Shown: piece after piece, positions 33,822 to 46,336 of the stretch
Position numbering within the stretch: position 1 is the first letter of the stretch
Layout: every line of letters starts with the position of its first letter
NCBI RefSeq assembly: GCF_988243305.1
Contig: NZ_OZ547136.1
DNA: 64,000 nt
Direction: 5' to 3' (one strand)
Program-made: the position numbers and the translations under genes
The notes under the pieces: model-generated
Told to the model about the DNA's origin: nothing
Seen by the model: the letters and a program-made list of their open reading frames with translations, nothing else
Database searches by the model: none

Positions 33822-35363
33822 ATGCCTTATCTACTTGAAATGAAGAACATTACCAAAACCTTCGGCAGTGTGAAGGCGATTGATAACGTCAGCTTGCGGT
33901 TGAATGCTGGCGAAATCGTCTCACTCTGTGGGGAAAATGGGTCTGGTAAATCAACGCTGATGAAAGTGCTGTGTGGTATTTATCCCCATGGCTCCTACGA
34001 AGGCGAAATTATTTTTGCGGGAGAAGAGATTCAGGCGAGTCACATCCGCGATACCGAACGCAAAGGTATCGCCATCATTCACCAGGAATTGGCCCTGGTG
34101 AAAGAATTGACTGTGCTGGAAAATATCTTCCTGGGTAACGAAATAACCCACAATGGCATTATGGATTATGACCTGATGACACTACGCTGTCAGAAGCTGC
34201 TCGCACAGGTCAGTTTATCCATTTCACCCGATACCCGCGTTGGCGATTTAGGGCTTGGGCAACAACAACTGGTTGAAATTGCCAAGGCACTTAATAAACA
34301 GGTGCGTTTGTTAATTCTCGATGAACCGACAGCCTCATTAACTGAGCAGGAAACGTCGGTTTTACTGGATATTATTCGCGATCTGCAACAGCACGGTATC
34401 GCCTGTATTTATATTTCGCACAAACTCAACGAAGTCAAAGCGATTTCCGATACGATTTGCGTTATTCGCGACGGTCAGCACATTGGTACGCGTGATGCTG
34501 CCGGAATGAGTGAAGACGATATTATCACCATGATGGTCGGGCGAGAGTTAACCGCGCTTTACCCTAATGAACCACATACCACCGGAGATGAAATATTACG
34601 TATTGAACATCTGACGGCATGGCATCCGGTTAATCGTCATATTAAACGAGTTAATGATGTCTCGTTTTCCCTGAAACGTGGCGAAATACTGGGTATTGCC
34701 GGACTCGTTGGTGCCGGACGTACAGAGACCATTCAGTGCCTGTTTGGCGTGTGGCCCGGACAATGGGAAGGAAAAATTTATATTGATGGCAAACAGGTAG
34801 ATATTCGTAATTGTCAGCAAGCCATCGCCCAGGGGATTGCGATGGTCCCCGAAGACAGAAAGCGCGACGGTATCGTTCCGGTAATGGCGGTTGGTAAAAA
34901 TATTACCCTCGCCGCACTCAATAAATTTACCGGCGGTATTAGCCAGCTTGATGACGCGGCAGAGCAAAAATGTATTCTGGAATCAATCCAGCAACTCAAA
35001 GTTAAAACGTCGTCCCCCGACCTTGCTATTGGACGTTTGAGCGGCGGTAATCAGCAAAAAGCGATCCTCGCTCGCTGCCTGTTACTCAACCCGCGCATTC
35101 TCATTCTTGATGAGCCTACCAGGGGTATCGATATTGGCGCGAAATACGAGATCTACAAATTAATTAACCAACTCGTCCAGCAGGGTATTGCCGTTATTGT
35201 CATCTCTTCCGAATTACCTGAAGTGCTCGGCCTTAGCGATCGTGTACTGGTGATGCATGAAGGGAAACTAAAAGCCAACCTGATAAATCATAACCTGACT
35301 CAGGAGCAGGTGATGGAAGCCGCATTGAGGAGCGAACATCATGTCGAAAAGCAATCCGTCTGA
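33822..35363 (+). CDS. xylG: D-xylose ABC transporter ATP-binding protein XylG (513 aa, duplicated ABC domains)
   Basis: Two Walker A motifs (GENGSGKST and GLVGAGRTE) and two ABC signatures. Confidence 0.95.
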   Translation: MPYLLEMKNITKTFGSVKAIDNVSLRLNAGEIVSLCGENGSGKSTLMKVLCGIYPHGSYEGEIIFAGEEIQASHIRDTERKGIAIIHQELALVKELTVLENIFLGNEITHNGIMDYDLMTLRCQKLLAQVSLSISPDTRVGDLGLGQQQLVEIAKALNKQVRLLILDEPTASLTEQETSVLLDIIRDLQQHGIACIYISHKLNEVKAISDTICVIRDGQHIGTRDAAGMSEDDIITMMVGRELTALYPNEPHTTGDEILRIEHLTAWHPVNRHIKRVNDVSFSLKRGEILGIAGLVGAGRTETIQCLFGVWPGQWEGKIYIDGKQVDIRNCQQAIAQGIAMVPEDRKRDGIVPVMAVGKNITLAALNKFTGGISQLDDAAEQKCILESIQQLKVKTSSPDLAIGRLSGGNQQKAILARCLLLNPRILILDEPTRGIDIGAKYEIYKLINQLVQQGIAVIVISSELPEVLGLSDRVLVMHEGKLKANLINHNLTQEQVMEAALRSEHHVEKQSV

Positions 35364-36522
35364 AGTGAAATTGGCCGTACCGACATCCGGTGACTTTTCC
35401 GGGCTGAAGTCACTGAATTTGCAGGTCTTCGTGATGATTGCAGCTATCATCGCAATCATGCTGTTCTTTACCTGGACCACCGATGGTGCCTACTTAAGCG
35501 CCCGTAACGTCTCCAACCTGTTACGCCAGACCGCGATTACCGGCATCCTCGCAGTAGGAATGGTGTTCGTCATAATTTCTGCTGAAATCGACCTTTCCGT
35601 CGGCTCAATGATGGGGCTGTTAGGTGGCGTCGCGGCGATTTGTGACGTCTGGTTAGGCTGGCCTTTGCCACTGACCATCATTGTAACGCTGGTTCTGGGA
35701 CTGCTTCTCGGTGCCTGGAACGGATGGTGGGTCGCGTACCGTAAAGTCCCTTCATTTATTGTCACTCTCGCGGGCATGTTGGCATTTCGCGGCATACTCA
35801 TTGGCATCACCAACGGCACGACTGTTTCCCCCACCAGCGCCGCGATGTCACAAATCGGGCAAAGCTATCTACCCGCCAGCACCGGCTTCATCATTGGCGC
35901 GCTTGGCTTAATGGCTTTTGTTGGCTGGCAATGGCGCGGAAGAATGCGCCGTCAGGCTTTGGGTTTGCAGTCTCCGGCCTCTACCGCAGTTGTCGGTCGC
36001 CAGGCATTAACGGCGATTATCGTCTTAGGCGCAATCTGGCTGTTGAACGATTACCGTGGCGTTCCCACTCCTGTTCTGCTGCTGACGTTGCTGTTACTCG
36101 GCGGAATGTTTATGGCAACGCGGACGGCATTTGGACGACGCATTTATGCCATCGGCGGCAATCTGGAAGCAGCACGGCTCTCCGGGATTAACGTTGAACG
36201 CACCAAACTTGCCGTGTTCGCAATTAACGGATTAATGGTAGCCATCGCCGGATTAATCCTCAGTTCTCGACTTGGCGCTGGTTCACCTTCTGCGGGGAAT
36301 ATCGCCGAGCTGGACGCAATTGCAGCATGCGTGATTGGCGGCACCAGTCTGGCAGGCGGCGTCGGGAGCGTGGCCGGAGCGGTAATGGGGGCATTCATCA
36401 TGGCTTCACTGGATAACGGCATGAGTATGATGGATGTACCGACCTTCTGGCAGTATATCGTTAAAGGTGCGATTCTGTTGCTGGCAGTATGGATGGACTC
36501 CGCAACCAAACGCCGTTCTTGA
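35341..36522 (+). CDS. xylH: D-xylose ABC transporter permease XylH (393 aa)
   Basis: Polytopic permease; 23-bp overlap with xylG. Confidence 0.95.
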   Translation: MSKSNPSEVKLAVPTSGDFSGLKSLNLQVFVMIAAIIAIMLFFTWTTDGAYLSARNVSNLLRQTAITGILAVGMVFVIISAEIDLSVGSMMGLLGGVAAICDVWLGWPLPLTIIVTLVLGLLLGAWNGWWVAYRKVPSFIVTLAGMLAFRGILIGITNGTTVSPTSAAMSQIGQSYLPASTGFIIGALGLMAFVGWQWRGRMRRQALGLQSPASTAVVGRQALTAIIVLGAIWLLNDYRGVPTPVLLLTLLLLGGMFMATRTAFGRRIYAIGGNLEAARLSGINVERTKLAVFAINGLMVAIAGLILSSRLGAGSPSAGNIAELDAIAACVIGGTSLAGGVGSVAGAVMGAFIMASLDNGMSMMDVPTFWQYIVKGAILLLAVWMDSATKRRS

Positions 36523-36599
36523 TTTTGATAAAAATTTTCTCAAAGCCGGTAACGTATTACCGGTTTTGAGTTTTTGCATGATTCAGCAGGAAAAGAACC

Positions 36600-37778
36600 A
36601 TGTTTACTAAACGTCACCGCATCACATTACTGTTCAATGCCAATAAAGCCTATGACCGGCAGGTAGTAGAAGGCGTAGGGGAATATTTACAGGCGTCACA
36701 ATCGGAATGGGATATTTTCATTGAAGAAGATTTCCGCGCCCGCATTGATAAAATCAAGGACTGGTTAGGAGATGGCGTCATTGCCGACTTCGACGACAAA
36801 CAAATCGAGCAAGCGCTGGCTGATGTCGACGTCCCCATTGTTGGGGTTGGCGGCTCGTATCACCTTGCAGAAAGTTACCCACCCGTTCATTACATTGCCA
36901 CCGATAACTATGCGCTGGTTGAAAGCGCATTTTTGCATTTAAAAGAGAAAGGCGTTAACCGCTTTGCTTTTTATGGTCTTCCGGAATCAAGCGGTAAACG
37001 TTGGGCCACTGAACGCGAATATGCATTTCGTCAGCTTGTCGCCGAAGAAAAGTATCGCGGAGTGGTTTATCAGGGATTAGAAACCGCGCCAGAGAACTGG
37101 CAACACGCGCAAAATCGGCTGGCAGACTGGCTACAAACGCTGCCACCGCAAACCGGGATTATTGCCGTTACTGACGCCCGGGCGCGGCATATTCTGCAAG
37201 TATGTGAACATCTACATATTCCCGTACCGGAAAAATTATGCGTGATTGGCATCGATAACGAAGAACTGACCCGCTATCTGTCGCGTGTCGCCCTTTCTTC
37301 GGTCGCTCAGGGCGCGCGGCAAATGGGCTATCAGGCGGCAAAACTGTTGCATCGATTATTAGATAAAGAAGAAATGCCGCTACAGCGGATTTTGGTCCCA
37401 CCAGTTCGCGTCATTGAACGGCGCTCAACAGATTACCGCTCGCTGACCGATCCCGCCGTTATTCAGGCCATGCATTACATTCGTAATCACGCCTGTAAAG
37501 GGATTAAAGTGGATCAGGTACTCGATGCGGTCGGGATCTCGCGCTCCAATCTTGAGAAGCGTTTTAAAGAAGAGGTGGGTGAAACCATCCATGCCATGAT
37601 TCATGCCGAGAAGCTGGAGAAAGCGCGCAGTCTGCTGATTTCAACCACCTTGTCGATCAATGAGATATCGCAAATGTGCGGTTATCCATCGCTGCAATAT
37701 TTCTACTCTGTTTTTAAAAAAGCATATGACACGACGCCAAAAGAGTATCGCGATGTAAATAGCGAGGTCATGTTGTAG
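36600..37778 (+). CDS. xylR: Xylose operon transcriptional activator XylR (AraC family, 392 aa)
   Basis: N-terminal periplasmic-binding-like sensor domain plus C-terminal AraC HTH. Confidence 0.93.
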   Translation: MFTKRHRITLLFNANKAYDRQVVEGVGEYLQASQSEWDIFIEEDFRARIDKIKDWLGDGVIADFDDKQIEQALADVDVPIVGVGGSYHLAESYPPVHYIATDNYALVESAFLHLKEKGVNRFAFYGLPESSGKRWATEREYAFRQLVAEEKYRGVVYQGLETAPENWQHAQNRLADWLQTLPPQTGIIAVTDARARHILQVCEHLHIPVPEKLCVIGIDNEELTRYLSRVALSSVAQGARQMGYQAAKLLHRLLDKEEMPLQRILVPPVRVIERRSTDYRSLTDPAVIQAMHYIRNHACKGIKVDQVLDAVGISRSNLEKRFKEEVGETIHAMIHAEKLEKARSLLISTTLSINEISQMCGYPSLQYFYSVFKKAYDTTPKEYRDVNSEVML

Positions 37779-37842
37779 CGATGATGAGAATTGTCGGCGT
37801 CACATCAGGTAACCCAGCACAACCACCTGATACGAGCAAAAG

Positions 37843-37870
37843 CCTTATCCGACTGACAAGTCGGATAAGG
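37843..37870 (-). terminator. Hairpin between convergent xylR and bax (probable bax terminator)
   Basis: ccttatccga-ctgacaag-tcggataagg with partial U-run on minus strand. Confidence 0.5.
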
Positions 37871-37885
37871 CTCGAGGAAATGCAA

Positions 37886-38710
37886 TTACATATGTGCCGC
37901 GATTAACCGTTGGTTATCCTGGTACATTGCGAACAGGTAGTTGTTATAACTCTTCCCTTTGGTCGAGTAGCCCTTCAGCTTGTGAATCATCGCTGTGGCA
38001 GTCACTTCCTGATCCGCTTTACGCAGCTGTGCACGCGATTTACGGAACGAAGAGTAAGCCGGGTGAGTATTCAGGTTAGTGACATAGGCGCTCACCGATT
38101 CTTTGACAGAACTAAACTGTGAGTACCCCTTCACTTTACCCGGCGCATTAGTACAACGTCCTTTCATGCATTTCATGCCGAACAGGTTGTTGTTGTTGCG
38201 CGCCAGCTTCGACGTTCCCCAACCGCTTTCTGCTGCAGCCATCGTCGCCACCATACTAGTGGGGATAATGTCTACGCGTTCAAGCAAGGTATTCCACGGG
38301 ATTTTGCGCGTATTACCAGACCACTTCACCTTGTAGCGTTTGGCGATGTCTTTCAGACGCGCACGCTCAGCAGGTGACCATTGGCCCTGATACTGTTTTG
38401 AAATGAGCCAGTTACGTTCCGCAGTAATGGCCGCATTTTGGCTGGTAATGTAAGGCATTACAGTCCGGAGAAACGCCTTTTTCCTTGGTGTTCCGGAAGG
38501 GTATTTTCGCAAATCAGGAAGTGAACTACTCTTTGCACTATTGCGAGAATACTCTTGTTTACTGCTTACCTGTTTATTACTAGCTTTAGTTAAGTGGGAC
38601 TTTTGACTCGCTGTTGTTGTGTGCGTCTTCGCTAACACCTCACTCGAAAACACCAGAGTGAGTAACATAAGAATCATCGCCCCATATCGTCGTATGGGAG
38701 TCAAAATCAT
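37886..38710 (-). CDS. bax: Bax protein (putative glucosaminidase-domain protein, 274 aa)
   Basis: 274-aa ORF with signal peptide, recognised by sequence and position. Confidence 0.85.
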   Translation of the reverse strand: MILTPIRRYGAMILMLLTLVFSSEVLAKTHTTTASQKSHLTKASNKQVSSKQEYSRNSAKSSSLPDLRKYPSGTPRKKAFLRTVMPYITSQNAAITAERNWLISKQYQGQWSPAERARLKDIAKRYKVKWSGNTRKIPWNTLLERVDIIPTSMVATMAAAESGWGTSKLARNNNNLFGMKCMKGRCTNAPGKVKGYSQFSSVKESVSAYVTNLNTHPAYSSFRKSRAQLRKADQEVTATAMIHKLKGYSTKGKSYNNYLFAMYQDNQRLIAAHM

Positions 38711-38938
38711 CAGGTCTCCTGGTCGGATTTAATCATTCCAACACCTTATATTTTTCACAAATTTGAGAGTTGAATCTCAAATCATATCAAAAATAGCTGT
38801 CAAGAGCACCCCAAGGAATAGTCCAAATCTGAAACTATGTCACGAGTTAACGATTCAGATTGGCGCTAAATCGCAGAAAATGTGGGGTTTATCGCAAAAT
38901 TCAGCCGTTTTTTGCGCGCGATCGCTCACCCTTGCTTC

Positions 38939-38968
38939 TCATCCTGTGGACTTACCGCTCAGGGATGA
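38939..38968 (+). promoter_or_regulatory. Candidate MalT boxes in the malS promoter
   Basis: GGATGA-type hexamers at 38939-38944 (inverted) and 38963-38968, about 60-90 bp upstream of malS; malS is MalT-dependent in E. coli. Confidence 0.4.
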
Positions 38969-39029
38969 GTTTTGTCTGGCTTATCGCTGGCAAACTGTCT
39001 GAAATCGCAGCAATAAGGACTCATCCGCC

Positions 39030-41060
39030 ATGAAACTCGCCGTCTGTTTTCTGACACTCCTTCCTGGCTTCGCCGTTGCCGCCAGCTGGACTTCTCCGGG
39101 ATTCCCTGCCTTTAGCGAACAGGGGACGGGAACATTTGTCAGCCACGCGCAGTTGCCCAAAGGTACGCGTCCACTAACGCTAAATTTTGACCAACAGTGC
39201 TGGCAGCCTGCGGATGCGATAAAACTCAATCAGATGCTTTCCCTGCAACCTTGTAGCAACACGCCGCCTCAATGGCGATTGTTCAGGGACGGCGAATATA
39301 CGCTGCAACTAGACACCCGCTCCGGTACACCAACATTGATGATTTCCATCCAGAACGCCGTCGAACCGGTAGCAAGCCTGGTCCGTGAATGCCCGAAATG
39401 GGATGGATTACCGCTCACACTGGATGTCAGCGCCACTTTTCCGGAGGGAGCCGCTGTCCGGGATTATTACAGCCAGCAAATTGCGATAGTGAAGAACGGT
39501 CAAATAACGTTACAACCCGCTGCCACCAGCAACGGTTTACTCCTGCTGGAACGGGCAGAAACTGACACATCCGCCCCTTTCGACTGGCATAACGCCACGG
39601 TTTACTTTGTGCTGACAGATCGTTTCGAAAACGGCGATCCCAATAATGACCAGAGTTACGGACGTCATAAAGACGGTATGGCAGAAATTGGCACTTTTCA
39701 CGGCGGCGATTTACGCGGCCTGACCAACAAACTGGATTACCTCCAGCAGCTGGGCGTCAATGCTTTATGGATAAGTGCCCCATTTGAGCAAATTCACGGC
39801 TGGGTCGGCGGCGGTACAAAAGGCGATTTCCCGCATTATGCCTACCACGGTTATTACACACAGGACTGGACGAATCTTGATGCCAATATGGGCAGTGAAG
39901 CCGATCTACGGACACTGGTTGATAGCGCGCATCAGCGCGGTATTCGTATTCTCTTTGATGTCGTGATGAACCACACCGGCTATGCCACACTGGCGGATAT
40001 GCAGGAGTATCAGTTTGGCGCGTTATATCTTTCTGGTGACGAAGTGAAAAAAACGTTGGGTGAACGCTGGAGCGACTGGAAACCTGCCGCCGGGCAAACC
40101 TGGCATAGCTTTAACGATTACATTAATTTCAGCGACAAAACAGGCTGGGATAAATGGTGGGGAAAAAACTGGATCAGAACCGATATCGGCGATTACGACA
40201 ATCCTGGATTCGACGATCTCACCATGTCGCTGGCCTTTTTGCCGGATATCAAAACAGAATCCACCACCGCCTCTGGCCTGCCTGTATTCTATCAAAACAA
40301 GTCAGATACCCACGCCAAAGCCATTGACGGCTATACGCCGCGCGATTACTTAACCCACTGGTTAAGCCAATGGGTCCGCGACTACGGTATTGATGGTTTT
40401 CGGGTCGATACCGCCAAACATGTTGAGTTGCCCGCCTGGCAGCAACTGAAAACTCAGGCCAGCGCCGCACTTCGCGAATGGAAAAAAGCTAACCCCGAGA
40501 AAGCATTAGATGACAAACCTTTCTGGATGACCGGTGAAGCCTGGGGCCACGGCGTGATGCAAAGTGACTACTATCGCCACGGCTTCGATGCGATGATCAA
40601 TTTCGATTATCAGGAGCAGGCGGCTAAAGCAGTCGATTGTCTGGCGCAGATGGATACGACCTGGCAGCAAATGGCGGAGAAATTGCAGGATTTCAACGTG
40701 TTGAGCTACCTCTCGTCGCATGATACCCGCCTGTTCCGTGAAGGGGGCGACAAAGCAGCAGAGTTATTATTATTAGCGCCAGGCGCGGTACAAATCTTTT
40801 ATGGTGATGAATCCTCGCGTCCGTTCGGCCCCACCGGTTCGGATCCGCTGCAAGGTACGCGTTCGGATATGAACTGGCAGGATGTTAGCGGTAAATCTGC
40901 CGCCAGCGTCGCGCACTGGCAGAAAATCAGCCAGTTCCGCGCCCGCCATCCCGCAATTGGCGAGGGCAAACAAACGACACTTTCGCTGAAGCAGGGCTAC
41001 GGCTTTGTTCGTGAGCATGGCGACGATAAAGTGCTGGTCATCTGGGCTGGGCAACAGTGA
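39030..41060 (+). CDS. malS: Periplasmic alpha-amylase MalS (676 aa)
   Basis: Signal peptide plus GH13 motifs (DVVMNH, GFRVDTAKH). Confidence 0.93.
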   Translation: MKLAVCFLTLLPGFAVAASWTSPGFPAFSEQGTGTFVSHAQLPKGTRPLTLNFDQQCWQPADAIKLNQMLSLQPCSNTPPQWRLFRDGEYTLQLDTRSGTPTLMISIQNAVEPVASLVRECPKWDGLPLTLDVSATFPEGAAVRDYYSQQIAIVKNGQITLQPAATSNGLLLLERAETDTSAPFDWHNATVYFVLTDRFENGDPNNDQSYGRHKDGMAEIGTFHGGDLRGLTNKLDYLQQLGVNALWISAPFEQIHGWVGGGTKGDFPHYAYHGYYTQDWTNLDANMGSEADLRTLVDSAHQRGIRILFDVVMNHTGYATLADMQEYQFGALYLSGDEVKKTLGERWSDWKPAAGQTWHSFNDYINFSDKTGWDKWWGKNWIRTDIGDYDNPGFDDLTMSLAFLPDIKTESTTASGLPVFYQNKSDTHAKAIDGYTPRDYLTHWLSQWVRDYGIDGFRVDTAKHVELPAWQQLKTQASAALREWKKANPEKALDDKPFWMTGEAWGHGVMQSDYYRHGFDAMINFDYQEQAAKAVDCLAQMDTTWQQMAEKLQDFNVLSYLSSHDTRLFREGGDKAAELLLLAPGAVQIFYGDESSRPFGPTGSDPLQGTRSDMNWQDVSGKSAASVAHWQKISQFRARHPAIGEGKQTTLSLKQGYGFVREHGDDKVLVIWAGQQ

Positions 41061-41237
41061 CTTTTCCGGCTTCCCGTTCGTCAGTACCTCGGGAAGCCGC
41101 CAACCAGGATAAAATGTCAGCTCTAATCAGCGTTGCAGGATAAAGCACCGCTCCCTCTTCAACAGAGCGATTTGCACCCCAGCAAATGTAGCGTTATTGT
41201 TACCTTCCTTGCTACAGAGTTCGACAGATATCCCGCT

Positions 41238-42491
41238 ATGACATTCTCCCTTTTTGGTGACAAATTTACCCGCCACTCCGGCATTACGCTGCTGATGGAA
41301 GATCTGAACGACGGTTTACGCACGCCTGGCGCGATTATGCTCGGCGGCGGTAATCCAGCGCAGATCCCGGAAATGCAGGACTACTTCCAGACGCTACTGA
41401 CCGACATGCTGGAAAGTGGCAAAGCGACTGATGCACTGTGCAATTACGACGGTCCACAGGGGAAAACGGAGCTACTCACACTGCTTGCCGGAATGCTGCG
41501 CGAGAAGTTGGGTTGGGATATCGAACCACAGAATATTGCACTAACAAACGGCAGCCAGAGCGCGTTTTTCTACTTATTTAATCTGTTTGCCGGACGCCGT
41601 GCCGATGGTCGGGTCAAAAAAGTGCTGTTCCCGCTGGCACCTGAATATATTGGCTACGCTGACGCCGGACTGGAAGAAGATCTGTTTGTCTCTGCGCGTC
41701 CGAATATTGAACTGCTGCCGGAAGGCCAGTTTAAATACCACGTCGATTTTGAGCATCTGCATATTGGCGAAGAAACCGGGATGATTTGCGTCTCCCGGCC
41801 GACGAATCCAACAGGCAATGTGATTACTGACGAAGAGTTGCTGAAGCTTGACGCGCTGGCGAATCAACACGGCATTCCGCTGGTGATTGATAACGCTTAT
41901 GGCGTCCCGTTCCCGGGTATCATCTTCAGCGAAGCGCGCCCGCTGTGGAATCCGAATATCGTACTGTGCATGAGTCTTTCCAAGCTGGGGCTACCTGGCT
42001 CCCGCTGCGGCATTATCATCGCCAATGAAAAAATCATCACCGCCATCACCAATATGAACGGCATTATCAGCCTGGCACCTGGCGGTATTGGTCCGGCGAT
42101 GATGTGTGAAATGATTAAGCGTAACGATCTGCTGCGCCTGTCTGAAACAGTCATCAAACCGTTTTACTACCAGCGTGTTCAGGAAACTATCGCCATCATT
42201 CGCCGCTATTTACCGGAAGATCGCTGCCTGATTCATAAACCGGAAGGAGCCATTTTCCTCTGGCTATGGTTTAAGGATTTGCCCATTACGACCGAGCAGC
42301 TCTATCAGCGCCTGAAAGCACGCGGCGTGCTGATGGTGCCGGGGCACAACTTCTTCCCAGGGCTGGATAAACCGTGGCCACATACACATCAATGTATGCG
42401 CATGAACTACGTGCCGGAGCCGGATAAAATTGAGGCGGGTGTGAAGATTCTGGCAGAAGAGATAGAAAGAGCCTGGGCTGAAAGTCACTAA
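41238..42491 (+). CDS. avtA: Valine--pyruvate aminotransferase AvtA (417 aa)
   Basis: Start at MTFSLFGDKFTRHSGITLLMEDLNDG; 35-codon upstream extension rejected. Confidence 0.9.
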   Translation: MTFSLFGDKFTRHSGITLLMEDLNDGLRTPGAIMLGGGNPAQIPEMQDYFQTLLTDMLESGKATDALCNYDGPQGKTELLTLLAGMLREKLGWDIEPQNIALTNGSQSAFFYLFNLFAGRRADGRVKKVLFPLAPEYIGYADAGLEEDLFVSARPNIELLPEGQFKYHVDFEHLHIGEETGMICVSRPTNPTGNVITDEELLKLDALANQHGIPLVIDNAYGVPFPGIIFSEARPLWNPNIVLCMSLSKLGLPGSRCGIIIANEKIITAITNMNGIISLAPGGIGPAMMCEMIKRNDLLRLSETVIKPFYYQRVQETIAIIRRYLPEDRCLIHKPEGAIFLWLWFKDLPITTEQLYQRLKARGVLMVPGHNFFPGLDKPWPHTHQCMRMNYVPEPDKIEAGVKILAEEIERAWAESH

Positions 42492-42496
42492 AAATT

Positions 42497-42595
42497 GCCT
42501 GATGCGCTACGCTTATCAGGCCTACATGATTTCTGCAATATATTGAATTTGGTAGAATTTGTAGGCCGGATAAGGCGTTTTAGCCGCATCCGGCA
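42497..42595. repeat. BIME: two REP palindromes in inverted orientation
   Basis: gcctgatgcgctacgcttatcaggcctac (42497-42525) and gtaggccggataaggcgttttagccgcatccggca (42561-42595). Confidence 0.8.
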
Positions 42596-42641
42596 TAAAC
42601 AAAGCGCACTATTCCGGCGTTGAGAAACGCCGGAAAACGTT

Positions 42642-43115
42642 TCAAACAGGCTGCTGCCGTAGCCGATGCCGCTGCACTTTCTCGACATCCATGCACTGCA
42701 ACGCCTTTGTCGGGCAGGCTTCAACACAGGCCGGCCCCGTCTCCCGATGCCAGCACAGATCGCACTTAATCGCCCTCGCCTTTTTGCGCGAAGAAACGAC
42801 CTCCATCGCACCAAACGGGCAAGCCAGCATACAGCTTTTACACCCAATGCAACGTGATTGTTCAACGAAAATATGCCCATGTTCGCGGCTTATCGCGTCA
42901 ACAGGGCAGACATTCGCGCACGGTGCATCTTCACACTGATGGCAGGCTACAGCCGTGGTCCATGTGTGGTCTTTAATGACACGAATACGGGAAATAAACT
43001 CGTCTGGTGACAACGCAGCGCAATCCTGATTCTCCTGATGCGACACTGCGCAAGCCACTTCACAGGTACGGCAACCGATACATTTCGTCGCATCCGCAAT
43101 AATAAACCGGTTCAT
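42642..43115 (-). CDS. ysaA: Ferredoxin-like 4Fe-4S cluster protein YsaA
   Basis: Multiple CxxCxxCxxxCP motifs (CIGCRTCEVAC, CIGCKSCMLACP); start between 43115 and 43121. Confidence 0.8.
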   Translation of the reverse strand: MNRFIIADATKCIGCRTCEVACAVSHQENQDCAALSPDEFISRIRVIKDHTWTTAVACHQCEDAPCANVCPVDAISREHGHIFVEQSRCIGCKSCMLACPFGAMEVVSSRKKARAIKCDLCWHRETGPACVEACPTKALQCMDVEKVQRHRLRQQPV

Positions 43116-43216
43116 GATCACTCCTTTGCACTAAAACAGCAGAGTGCCAGAGAGCGCGTCTCTACTGCTTTGATCCAACGAAGGAAATGTTAAAGTTTTG
43201 GCACTTGTCCAAAGGG

Positions 43217-44065
43217 TTATGTGATCGCGCCCTGGTCGTCCCTGACAGTAAATCCCAGTTCATTAGAAATAGCCTGCGCGGTTTCACGCAGTGGTTTCAG
43301 GAGATTTTTCTCCCCCACCTGTTTCAGACGTGATGTCGAAAGCGAAATCGACACGGCGTACGGCACCCGCCCATGAATATCAAACACCGGAACAGCAATA
43401 CAGGAGACGCCGAGTTCGTTTTCTTCTCTGTCCATCGCCGCTCCGCTTTCACGAATGTGCGCCAGTTCGTCGAACATCGCGGGCAGCTCGGTAATGGTAT
43501 TGCGGGTTAACGGCTGGATCTCATGTTGATGGCTTTTCCAGTATGACTTCACGTAGTCCGGGTGACCAAACGCCATGTAGATCTTGCCCATTGCGGAACA
43601 GTAGAGCGGCATATGCTGGCCTATATAGGCACGGGTTCGCAGCATCCCGGTTGTGGGTTCCAGCTTATAAATCAAAATAGCGTGATCGTCTTCGCGGCTG
43701 GAGAAGTTAATGGTTTCACCAGTGGCGATGTTCAGTGCCTCAAGATGCGGAGCGGCGATATGAATGATATTCAGCGAAGACAGCGCCTTCTGCCCGACGG
43801 CAATAAATTTGGTAGTCAGGCGGTAACTCCCTGCGGCGGGCGCGGTGGTCACATAGCCGCAGGATTGTAATCCCTGCAATAAGCGATGGACGGTACTCTT
43901 ATTTAAACCAGCCAGCTCCGAAAGATGCGCCAACGGACAACCGTTTGGATAGTTGCTCAAAATCTCAATCAGCATCAACCCGCGAAACAGACTCTGGCTT
44001 CCGGCTGGACGCTCTTTTTCCTGCGCCATCTCGTTCTCTTTTTTTCCCATCACTTCTTTCCCCAT
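43217..44065 (-). CDS. yiaJ: IclR-family transcriptional repressor YiaJ
   Basis: N-terminal winged HTH plus IclR effector domain; divergent from yiaK. Confidence 0.85.
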   Translation of the reverse strand: MGKEVMGKKENEMAQEKERPAGSQSLFRGLMLIEILSNYPNGCPLAHLSELAGLNKSTVHRLLQGLQSCGYVTTAPAAGSYRLTTKFIAVGQKALSSLNIIHIAAPHLEALNIATGETINFSSREDDHAILIYKLEPTTGMLRTRAYIGQHMPLYCSAMGKIYMAFGHPDYVKSYWKSHQHEIQPLTRNTITELPAMFDELAHIRESGAAMDREENELGVSCIAVPVFDIHGRVPYAVSISLSTSRLKQVGEKNLLKPLRETAQAISNELGFTVRDDQGAIT

Positions 44066-44265
44066 TTTGTCGCGTCCTGATGGTAGCGCAAAGTGTGTCG
44101 TAGTTCACGATCTCGACAGATAATTTATAACCACTTGATTTTTAAGTTTTTTGAAATTCATCAATCAGATTGCTTTGTTAAAAAGCGATCGATATATTTG
44201 AAATCAGATTTCGCATATTGAAATTTTAAGCCAAAAAAGCGATCAAAAAAACAAGGAAGCCAGGG

Positions 44266-45264
44266 ATGAAAGTGACATTTGAGCAGTTAAAAGCAGCCTT
44301 TAATCGAGTCTTAATTTCACGCGGCGTTGACAGCGAAACGGCTGATGCCTGTGCCGAAATGTTCGCCCGCACCACCGAATCCGGCGTTTATTCTCACGGC
44401 GTCAACCGTTTCCCTCGTTTCATTCAACAACTGGAAAACGGCGATATCATTCCTGATGCCCAACCCAAACGTATAACCAGCCTCGGCGCAATTGAACAGT
44501 GGGACGCCCAGCGTTCGATCGGTAACCTGACAGCGAAAAAGATGATGGATCGCGCCATCGAACTGGCTGCCGATCATGGTATTGGTCTGGTGGCACTACG
44601 TAATGCCAACCACTGGATGCGCGGCGGCAGCTACGGCTGGCAGGCGGCGGAAAAAGGCTATATTGGCATTTGCTGGACCAACTCCATCGCCGTAATGCCG
44701 CCGTGGGGCGCAAAAGAGTGTCGCATCGGCACCAACCCGCTGATCGTCGCCATTCCTTCTACCCCAATCACCATGGTCGATATGTCGATGTCGATGTTCT
44801 CTTACGGCATGTTAGAAGTTAACCGTCTGGCAGGCCGTCAGCTCCCGGTCGATGGTGGCTTTGATGATGAGGGCAATTTGACCAAAGAACCTGGCGTTAT
44901 CGAGAAGAATCGCCGCATTTTACCGATGGGCTACTGGAAAGGTTCTGGCATGTCGATTGTGCTGGATATGATCGCCACTCTCCTTTCCGACGGCGCATCG
45001 GTTGCCGAAGTCACCCAGGACAACAGCGACGAATACGGCGTTTCGCAAATCTTTATCGCCATCGAAGTGGATAAATTGATCGACGGCCCCACCCGCGATG
45101 CCAAGCTGCAACGCATCATGGATTACGTTACTACAGCTGAACGCGCTGACGAAAACCAGGCCATCCGCTTACCCGGCCACGAATTTACTACCCTGCTGGC
45201 CGAAAACCGCCGTAACGGCATCACCGTTGATGACAGCGTGTGGGCCAAAATCCAGGCGTTATGA
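44266..45264 (+). CDS. yiaK: 2,3-diketo-L-gulonate reductase YiaK
   Basis: 332-aa Ldh/Mdh-2 family protein, first gene of the yiaK-S operon. Confidence 0.9.
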   Translation: MKVTFEQLKAAFNRVLISRGVDSETADACAEMFARTTESGVYSHGVNRFPRFIQQLENGDIIPDAQPKRITSLGAIEQWDAQRSIGNLTAKKMMDRAIELAADHGIGLVALRNANHWMRGGSYGWQAAEKGYIGICWTNSIAVMPPWGAKECRIGTNPLIVAIPSTPITMVDMSMSMFSYGMLEVNRLAGRQLPVDGGFDDEGNLTKEPGVIEKNRRILPMGYWKGSGMSIVLDMIATLLSDGASVAEVTQDNSDEYGVSQIFIAIEVDKLIDGPTRDAKLQRIMDYVTTAERADENQAIRLPGHEFTTLLAENRRNGITVDDSVWAKIQAL

Positions 45265-45272
45265 GGAGATAA

Positions 45273-45743
<471 letters not shown>

Positions 45744-45860
45744 TCGAATAATCGTCTACGCCAGAACGCCTGGGTAATGTTATTGCTCTAACTATATTAA
45801 TAATTCAGGTTGCTGCACATGCAACTTGAATTATGACAGACATAGCCTCAAGGAATAGCT

Positions 45861-46334
45861 ATGAAAAAAATACTTGAAGCAATACTGGCGATTAATCTCG
45901 CCGTACTTTCCTGTATTGTGTTTATAAACATTATTTTAAGATATGGTTTTCAGACAAGCATTTTATCTGTAGATGAATTGTCACGTTATTTATTTGTCTG
46001 GTTAACATTTATTGGCGCAATTGTGGCTTTTATGGATAACGCCCACGTTCAGGTCACCTTTCTGGTGGAGAAACTCTCCCCCGCATGGCAGCGACGAGTC
46101 GCTCTGGTTACCCATTCCTTAATCTTATTTATTTGTGGCGCACTGGCCTGGGGCGCAACGCTAAAAACAATTCAGGACTGGAGCGATTATTCACCGATCC
46201 TCGGTTTGCCCATCGGCCTGATGTATGCCGCTTGTCTGCCCACCAGCCTCGTTATCGCATTCTTTGAACTGCGTCATTTATATCAACTCATCACGCGTAG
46301 CAATTCTCTAACGTCGCCACCGCAAGGAGCTTAA
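45861..46334 (+). CDS. yiaM: TRAP transporter small permease YiaM
   Basis: 157-aa four-helix DctQ-like protein. Confidence 0.88.
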
Positions 46335-46336
46335 TC